This document shows, in pieces, positions 58,674 through 64,000 of a stretch of DNA of 64,000 nt. The notes below the pieces were generated by a model. That model was not told where the DNA came from, searched no databases, and saw only the letters and a list, made by a program, of their open reading frames with translations. Origin of the DNA: Vulcanimicrobiota bacterium (GTDB lineage Bacteria > Vulcanimicrobiota > Xenobia > Xenobiales > JADMJV01); assembly GCA_050250895.1 (NCBI GenBank), contig JBFWNU010000005.1, forward strand, positions 352,001-416,000. The letters are read 5' to 3'. Every line of letters begins with the position of its first letter. Within the stretch, counting starts at the first letter, position 1. The position numbers were made by a program, and so were the translations under genes.

Positions 58674-61600
58674 CTACTGCCCGTCTTTCCAGCGTTTGAG
58701 GCGGTCGAGCACGCCCCGGATCTTGTCGATCAGCTCACTGGCAGGGGGGTAGGTTGTGTTGCCAGCGGCCACTCCCCATAGCCCGGTCATGACCAGGGCC
58801 TGCTTCTCTTCCTGCGTCTTCCAGCCGGTGGCCAGCCACAGCTTGTGGCGCTGGTTGAGGGTCAGTTCGGGATAAAGCGGCAACAGGATGGTCAGACGGC
58901 CCTGCTTGACGCGAATCGACGGCGCCAAGAGATCGCGAGCTCGCAGCTTGAGTTCCATAATCGCCAGCAGGTTGACGGCCTCTTCGGGCAACGGTCCGAA
59001 GCGGTCGCGCAGCTCGGCCTCGATATCCTCGAGGTTCTCGAAGCTGATGACGGTGGCGATTTTCTTGTAGAGGGCCACCTTCTGGTGCGAATCGGGCACG
59101 TAGTCTTCGGGCAGACAGGCTGGGATCGGCAGCTCGACCACCACCGGATGGTCGGTTAGCTCCATCTCGGCCTTCTCGCCGCGCAACCCGCGCACGGCAT
59201 CGCGCAACATCTGGCAGTACAGCTCGAAGCCCACGGCCGCGATGCTGCCCGACTGTTCGGCCCCCAAAATGTCGCCGGCGCCGCGGATCTCGAGATCGCG
59301 CAAAGCGATCTGAAAGCCCGCTCCCAGCTGGGTGAAGTCGCGGATGGTCTCCAGGCGCTTTTCGGCCTCGGGAGTCAGCTGGCGCGACGGGGGATAGAGC
59401 AGGTAGCAATAGGCCTGGCGCGACGAGCGGCCCACCCGGCCGCGCATCTGGTAGAGCTGGGCCAATCCGAAATAATGGGCGTTATTGACAATAATGGTGT
59501 TGACGTTGGGCATGTCGAGTCCGCTCTCGATGATGGTGGTGCACACCAGCACGTCATACTCGCCCTCGAGAAACTCCATCATGACCTTCTCGAGAGGTTC
59601 GTCGCCCATCTGGCCATGGGCCACGCCCACCCGAACCGTGGGCAGCATGCGACGGATGTCGGCGGCCACTCGCTCGATGCCGTCGACCCGATTGTGCACG
59701 AAATAGACCTGGCCCTCGCGAGCCAACTCGCGAGTGATAGCCCCCCGGATGATATCGGGGTGCGACTCGAAAAGGTAGGTCTTGATGGGAACGCGGTCCT
59801 CGGGCGGCGTCTCGATGACCGACATGTCGCGGATCGAAACCAGGGCCATGTTGAGGGTTCGGGGGATGGGAGTGGCCGTCAGGGTCAGCACGTCGACATT
59901 GTGACGAAGCGCCTTGATCTTCTCCTTTTGCTTGACCCCGAACCGTTGCTCCTCGTCGATGATGAGCAGTCCCAGCGTCTTGAAGCGGATATCCTTCGAG
60001 AGCAGCCGGTGGGTACCGATGACCACATCGACATCGCCCAGAGCCAGGTCGTCGAGCACCTTCTTGACCTCGGCTTTGGAGCGAAAGCGACTGAGCACCT
60101 CGACCCGCACCGGAAAGGCGGCCAGCCGTTCGGAAAAGGTCTGGTAGTGCTGGTGGGCCAGCACGGTCGTGGGCACCAGCACGGCCACCTGGCGGCCTTC
60201 GCTGGCGGCCTTGAAGGCGGCTCGCACGGCCACTTCGGTCTTGCCATAGCCGACATCGCCGCAGACCAGCCGGTCCATGGGACGAGGCCGCTCCATGTCC
60301 TTTTTGACTTCGTCGATGACCCTGAGCTGGTCAGGGGTCTCCTCCCAGGGGAAGGCCTCTTCCATCTCGGCCTGCCAGGGGGTATCGGGAGGGTAGGCGT
60401 GGCCCTGGGCGGCCTCGCGCTGGGCATACAGGCGCAATAGCTCTTCGGCCATCTTGTCGGCGTCTTTGCGGACCTTGCCGCGGGTGCGAGTCCAGTCGGC
60501 CCCGCCCATCTTGGACAGCTTGGGGACGCGCTCTTCGAGACCTTTGTAACGCTGGATCAGATCGAGTTGCTCGACGGGCACGAAGAGGCTATCGCCTTTG
60601 GCATATTCGATGGTGAGGAAGTCCCGGGCGTTGCCCTGGATATCGAGCGATTTGACGCCCACGTAGCGACCGATGCCGTGCTGGAGGTGCACGACCAGAT
60701 CGCCGGTGTTGAGCTCTTCCAGGCGCAGCAGGCTGGCCCGGTCGGCTTTGCGACGACTGCGCCGGCGTCGGACCGAGCCCATCATCTCGCGGTCGGTTAA
60801 AAGCTCGAGAGCGCCACTGGGCGTGGGCAGGCGGAAACCCTCGCTGAGGGCCGCGTTGACGATGGTCGTCTTGCCGGGCTCGAGTTCGCGGCCCATCCAG
60901 CCTCGCTCTTCCATGAGTTCGGTCAGGCGGGGGGCCTGGCGGCTGACCAGTAGCACCCGCCGTTGTTGGGTAATCCACTCGGGCAGGCGGCCCATCATAC
61001 CCTCGACGCGCTCGGGAAAGACCCGCTGCACCTCGAAAGGAAACTCCAGGCTCTCGGTCGCTTGAGTGGCAGCCCGCTGCTCGGCGTCCTCCCAGCTGGT
61101 GAAGAAGACCTGGCGCATCGGAGTCAGCAGGGCCAAGACGTCGCCCCACTGGCCGCCGCCGCCCTCGTGGGCCCACTCCATGGCGTGCAGGCGGATCTGG
61201 GCCGGTTCTTCCAGGCAGGCGACCGTGCCCCGGGGCAGGTAGTCGGTGAGATGCGAGCCCCCCTCGTCGTGGGTAGCCGGCAGAATGACCACTTCTTCCA
61301 CTTCGCGAATCGAGCGCTGGGTGTCGCGGTCGAACATTCGCAGCGATTCGACCTCATCGCCGAAGAGTTCGACGCGGACCGGTTCGCCGGTAATGGGAAA
61401 AAGATCGATGATGTCGCCGCGCTGGGCGAATTCGCCGCGGCGCTCGACCATCGAGCTACGATGGTAGCCTTCCGAGACCAGCAGTTCCAGCAAGAACTCG
61501 GTGTCGATGGGCTCGCCTTTGCGTAAGACCATGCGGCTCTTCTTGAGACGTTCGGTGGACAGCGTCTTCTGGAGCACGGCTTTGATGGAAGCCACCACCA

Positions 61601-61982
61601 CCTGGGCCCGCCCCTGGGCCACGGCCTCGAGGGTGTCGACCTGCTCGGGGTCGACCACCGCCGCGGCCGTCTCGCCCTGAGGCACCTCGCGCTCAGGAAA
61701 ATGGAGAGTGGTGAGACCGGCGAAGAACTGTAGGTCTTCGGCCAGACGTTCGGCCGAGTCCGAGGTGGGAGTGATCCAGAGCAGGGGAGTGTCGACGGCC
61801 TGCTTGAGGCTGGCGATCACCAGCGGGCGCGCCGAGCGCAGCACGCCAGCGCAGGTGACGGGCTGGCTGGCTCGCACCAGTTCCAGTAGGCGACGGCTGG
61901 GCTCGAGCCCTTCGAAGAGATCGAGCATCGCCCGGGAAATGTGGGTATGTTCAGCCACAACAGCGGTCATGGCTAGCCGCAT
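58674..61982 (-). CDS. mfd: Transcription-repair coupling factor
   Basis: [51 protein letters not shown] and a TRCF C-terminus; start may be 61970. Confidence 0.99.
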   Translation of the reverse strand: MRLAMTAVVAEHTHISRAMLDLFEGLEPSRRLLELVRASQPVTCAGVLRSARPLVIASLKQAVDTPLLWITPTSDSAERLAEDLQFFAGLTTLHFPEREVPQGETAAAVVDPEQVDTLEAVAQGRAQVVVASIKAVLQKTLSTERLKKSRMVLRKGEPIDTEFLLELLVSEGYHRSSMVERRGEFAQRGDIIDLFPITGEPVRVELFGDEVESLRMFDRDTQRSIREVEEVVILPATHDEGGSHLTDYLPRGTVACLEEPAQIRLHAMEWAHEGGGGQWGDVLALLTPMRQVFFTSWEDAEQRAATQATESLEFPFEVQRVFPERVEGMMGRLPEWITQQRRVLLVSRQAPRLTELMEERGWMGRELEPGKTTIVNAALSEGFRLPTPSGALELLTDREMMGSVRRRRSRRKADRASLLRLEELNTGDLVVHLQHGIGRYVGVKSLDIQGNARDFLTIEYAKGDSLFVPVEQLDLIQRYKGLEERVPKLSKMGGADWTRTRGKVRKDADKMAEELLRLYAQREAAQGHAYPPDTPWQAEMEEAFPWEETPDQLRVIDEVKKDMERPRPMDRLVCGDVGYGKTEVAVRAAFKAASEGRQVAVLVPTTVLAHQHYQTFSERLAAFPVRVEVLSRFRSKAEVKKVLDDLALGDVDVVIGTHRLLSKDIRFKTLGLLIIDEEQRFGVKQKEKIKALRHNVDVLTLTATPIPRTLNMALVSIRDMSVIETPPEDRVPIKTYLFESHPDIIRGAITRELAREGQVYFVHNRVDGIERVAADIRRMLPTVRVGVAHGQMGDEPLEKVMMEFLEGEYDVLVCTTIIESGLDMPNVNTIIVNNAHYFGLAQLYQMRGRVGRSSRQAYCYLLYPPSRQLTPEAEKRLETIRDFTQLGAGFQIALRDLEIRGAGDILGAEQSGSIAAVGFELYCQMLRDAVRGLRGEKAEMELTDHPVVVELPIPACLPEDYVPDSHQKVALYKKIATVISFENLEDIEAELRDRFGPLPEEAVNLLAIMELKLRARDLLAPSIRVKQGRLTILLPLYPELTLNQRHKLWLATGWKTQEEKQALVMTGLWGVAAGNTTYPPASELIDKIRGVLDRLKRWKDGQ

Positions 61983-62162
61983 TATGCGCAGGGCCCGCCG
62001 ATCCTGCTAAAACCCACCTAACGCGCGACCAAACCTCGTCTCGCGACGCTATCACGCTCAACTGCTGCGTCGCGGTCACCACGGTGGTGCTTAAATACCT
62101 TCGGCCCGGCTACGCACCAGGCGGGTTAAACCCATCAGTATGGCTCCTCGGGACCGGGCGTA

Positions 62163-62180
62163 TGTTACAAGTTTGCTAAA
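62163..62180 (+). promoter_or_regulatory. Heptamer-N4-heptamer box
   Basis: TGTTACA-AGTT-TGCTAAA, 76 nt upstream of TTG 62257. Confidence 0.4.
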
Positions 62181-62256
62181 TTGAAGCAATTTTGGAGAGT
62201 CTGGTAGGGGCCTTCTGCAGCGGCACAGAAAATTTTCGAGAAGCAGGGAGGTAGTC

Positions 62257-64000
62257 TTGGATATTCAACGCGCCACAGGGTTTCACGCCGCCGGAGCCGC
62301 CGGACCAGTTCGCCGCGCCAACGGCGGTCAACCACACGTTTCCAATCCCGCCGAAGCCACGGCCCCTCCTCAAGATCAGGCCACCGTTTCGGGGGCTCAG
62401 CCCGGCCAGGTCAAAACCAGCGCCTCTGGAGTCAGCGTCCAGTATCGCACCGATGCGTTAGGCACCGGCTTCCGAGCCGCCCTGCCGGCCGGCGCGCTTC
62501 TGCCTGCCCCCTTGATGCTCGAAGCGGTCGAGGGCCGGGTGCTGGCCCGGGTCGAGGGTAGCGACAAGAACCTCGAGGCCGGCTTCTTGCCTGACGGTCG
62601 CGTCTATGTCAACGCTGACCCCGCCAACGCCAGCGCCCCGCTGGTGCTGTTCAATCCCGACAATCTGGACTACGGGATGATCTCGAAAGAGCAGCAAGGT
62701 CCCCAGGGCACCACCCGCAGCCTTCAGGAATACATCCACGCCGATGGCGGACGAACGATGGTGCAAAAGGACCAAGTGCGGAGCGATGGCACCCGCTCGT
62801 TCAACCAGATCCATCAAGATGTCCAGGGCAACCTTCGTGGCGGCCACGTGGATGTCGACGCCACCGGTAAAGCCAACTGGACCGAGCTGAAAACGTCTGT
62901 CAACGACAGAGGCGGGGTGACCCTCGAGGGGCCGCCGGCTGCGCCCGCGCGCTCGCTCTGGAGCCATCTGGCCGAGGCTTACAAGCAGCCCTTCAACACC
63001 AAGACTCCGCTCTGGGATTGGCAGAAGGAGAAGAAGCTGGCCGGCAAGTCGTCGGTGGTGGCGTCTTTCGGAACCTTCAGCTCGGCTCTGGCCAATGCGG
63101 CCGGCGGGATGGCTCCCGCTTTTTTGGCAGCCCTGATGCCGGCCCCGGCCGCGGCTCCCGCGCCCCAGGCCGCTCCCCCGCCCAGCCCTACGCCCGCTCA
63201 GGGCGTGAACGTGGTTGACGGCGATATCACGCGCACTCCAGCCGAAGGCATTCTCACCGCCGTCAATTCGTTTGGCGACTGGAGTGGAGGAGTCGACCGA
63301 GCCATCGCCCGCACAGCCGGAGGTCAGTATCATCAGCAGTTGGCCGATCTTGGCGAACTCAAAGAGGGCCAGACCTTCGTGGCCGGCAAGACGGCCGACC
63401 ATCCGGGCAGCTTCGAGAAGGTCGTCTTTGCGGTTGACAATCTCAATCAACCGTTGGGCGAAGTGATTTACAACGGTCTCAAAGCGGCCAACGAAGCCGG
63501 TCTGCGCTCGGTCAATCTGCCGGCCATGCGCACCGGAGCCATGGCCGGCGTGCGCGAAAGCGAAGACGAGGCAGTTCAAGCCACGGCGGGCGCTATCCAG
63601 AAGTTCCGCTCGGAGTCGCCCGAGAATCTTCAGGCCATCAATCTGGTGGTCTATAACAATCCCCAGTTGGCGGCCAAGTTCAACCAGGCCCTGACTCAGG
63701 CCCAGGCGCCACCGGCGCCAGAGCCGAGCGTGGGGGCCGCCGCCCTCGAGAAGTTGCAGACCCTGGAAGGCGGCTACACCAAGGCCCACAGCGAGCGGGC
63801 TATCGATCTCTACGCGCTGCCGCTGGCCAAAGCTCTCGGCGTCTCCGCTACGGGTCTGGCCACCTTGCAGGCTTCGAGAGGCGTCTACGACATCGGCAAA
63901 ACGGTGCTACCAGACAACCTCTTCGAGAACCGGCGGCTCGAAAAACACGAGTTCGAGCAGATGAAGGATCACGTTCGCGAAGAGAAGATCGGGGCGATTC
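62257..64000 (+). CDS. Multidomain protein: low-complexity leader + unknown domain + macrodomain + HD-GYP-like domain (3' end outside window; not in the ORF track)
   Basis: Translated by hand: GGGAGGT RBS, TTG start, no stop in 581 codons; macro motifs VVDGDIT, TAVN, SGGVDRAI, SVNLPAMRTG; HD-GYP-like YTKAHSER, YDIGK, EFEQMKDH. Confidence 0.88.
   Translation, partial: MDIQRATGFHAAGAAGPVRRANGGQPHVSNPAEATAPPQDQATVSGAQPGQVKTSASGVSVQYRTDALGTGFRAALPAGALLPAPLMLEAVEGRVLARVEGSDKNLEAGFLPDGRVYVNADPANASAPLVLFNPDNLDYGMISKEQQGPQGTTRSLQEYIHADGGRTMVQKDQVRSDGTRSFNQIHQDVQGNLRGGHVDVDATGKANWTELKTSVNDRGGVTLEGPPAAPARSLWSHLAEAYKQPFNTKTPLWDWQKEKKLAGKSSVVASFGTFSSALANAAGGMAPAFLAALMPAPAAAPAPQAAPPPSPTPAQGVNVVDGDITRTPAEGILTAVNSFGDWSGGVDRAIARTAGGQYHQQLADLGELKEGQTFVAGKTADHPGSFEKVVFAVDNLNQPLGEVIYNGLKAANEAGLRSVNLPAMRTGAMAGVRESEDEAVQATAGAIQKFRSESPENLQAINLVVYNNPQLAAKFNQALTQAQAPPAPEPSVGAAALEKLQTLEGGYTKAHSERAIDLYALPLAKALGVSATGLATLQASRGVYDIGKTVLPDNLFENRRLEKHEFEQMKDHVREEKIGAI

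Noticed and set aside
62458-63789. 443-aa minus-strand ORF in the track
   Set aside because: Antisense shadow of the plus-strand macrodomain/HD-GYP-like gene, which has an RBS and recognisable motifs.

Overview
High-GC bacterial chromosomal window with about 55 protein-coding genes; I found no rRNA, tRNA or CRISPR array. The gene content (dispersed minor-pilin triads, a REC-BTAD regulator, a DUF222-like HNH gene, proteins with low-complexity export-like N-termini) resembles Candidatus Eremiobacterota (Xenobia), but that is inference only. Core genes: purC-purE-purF, mfd, a cytochrome P450, SDR, AKR, HAD and lipid-kinase enzymes, and YitT. Accessory content: two PilX/PilV/PilW-like triads plus a GspF/PilC protein, four histidine kinases, a PP2C, a GGDEF, a transglutaminase-DUF2126 protein near a degenerate circularly permuted ATP-grasp, a hydantoinase/HExxH/DUF4127 operon, a ligase-less Pnkp and an NYN-LOTUS RNase. 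Best leads: (1) a lower-GC, translationally coupled pair (ABC-type ATPase with a DUF3696-like tail, plus an unknown protein with an Ntox17-like C-terminus) at 50996-53439, bracketed by 33-nt imperfect inverted repeats, a candidate undescribed anti-phage or toxin-antitoxin cassette; (2) an ORF absent from the supplied track (62257 to window end) fusing an export-like leader, a macrodomain and an HD-GYP-like domain with HD replaced by YD; (3) recurrent heptamer-N4-heptamer boxes upstream of five accessory genes; (4) a multi-hairpin REP-like cluster at 20581-20795. All family calls come from motif recognition by eye; no searches were run.
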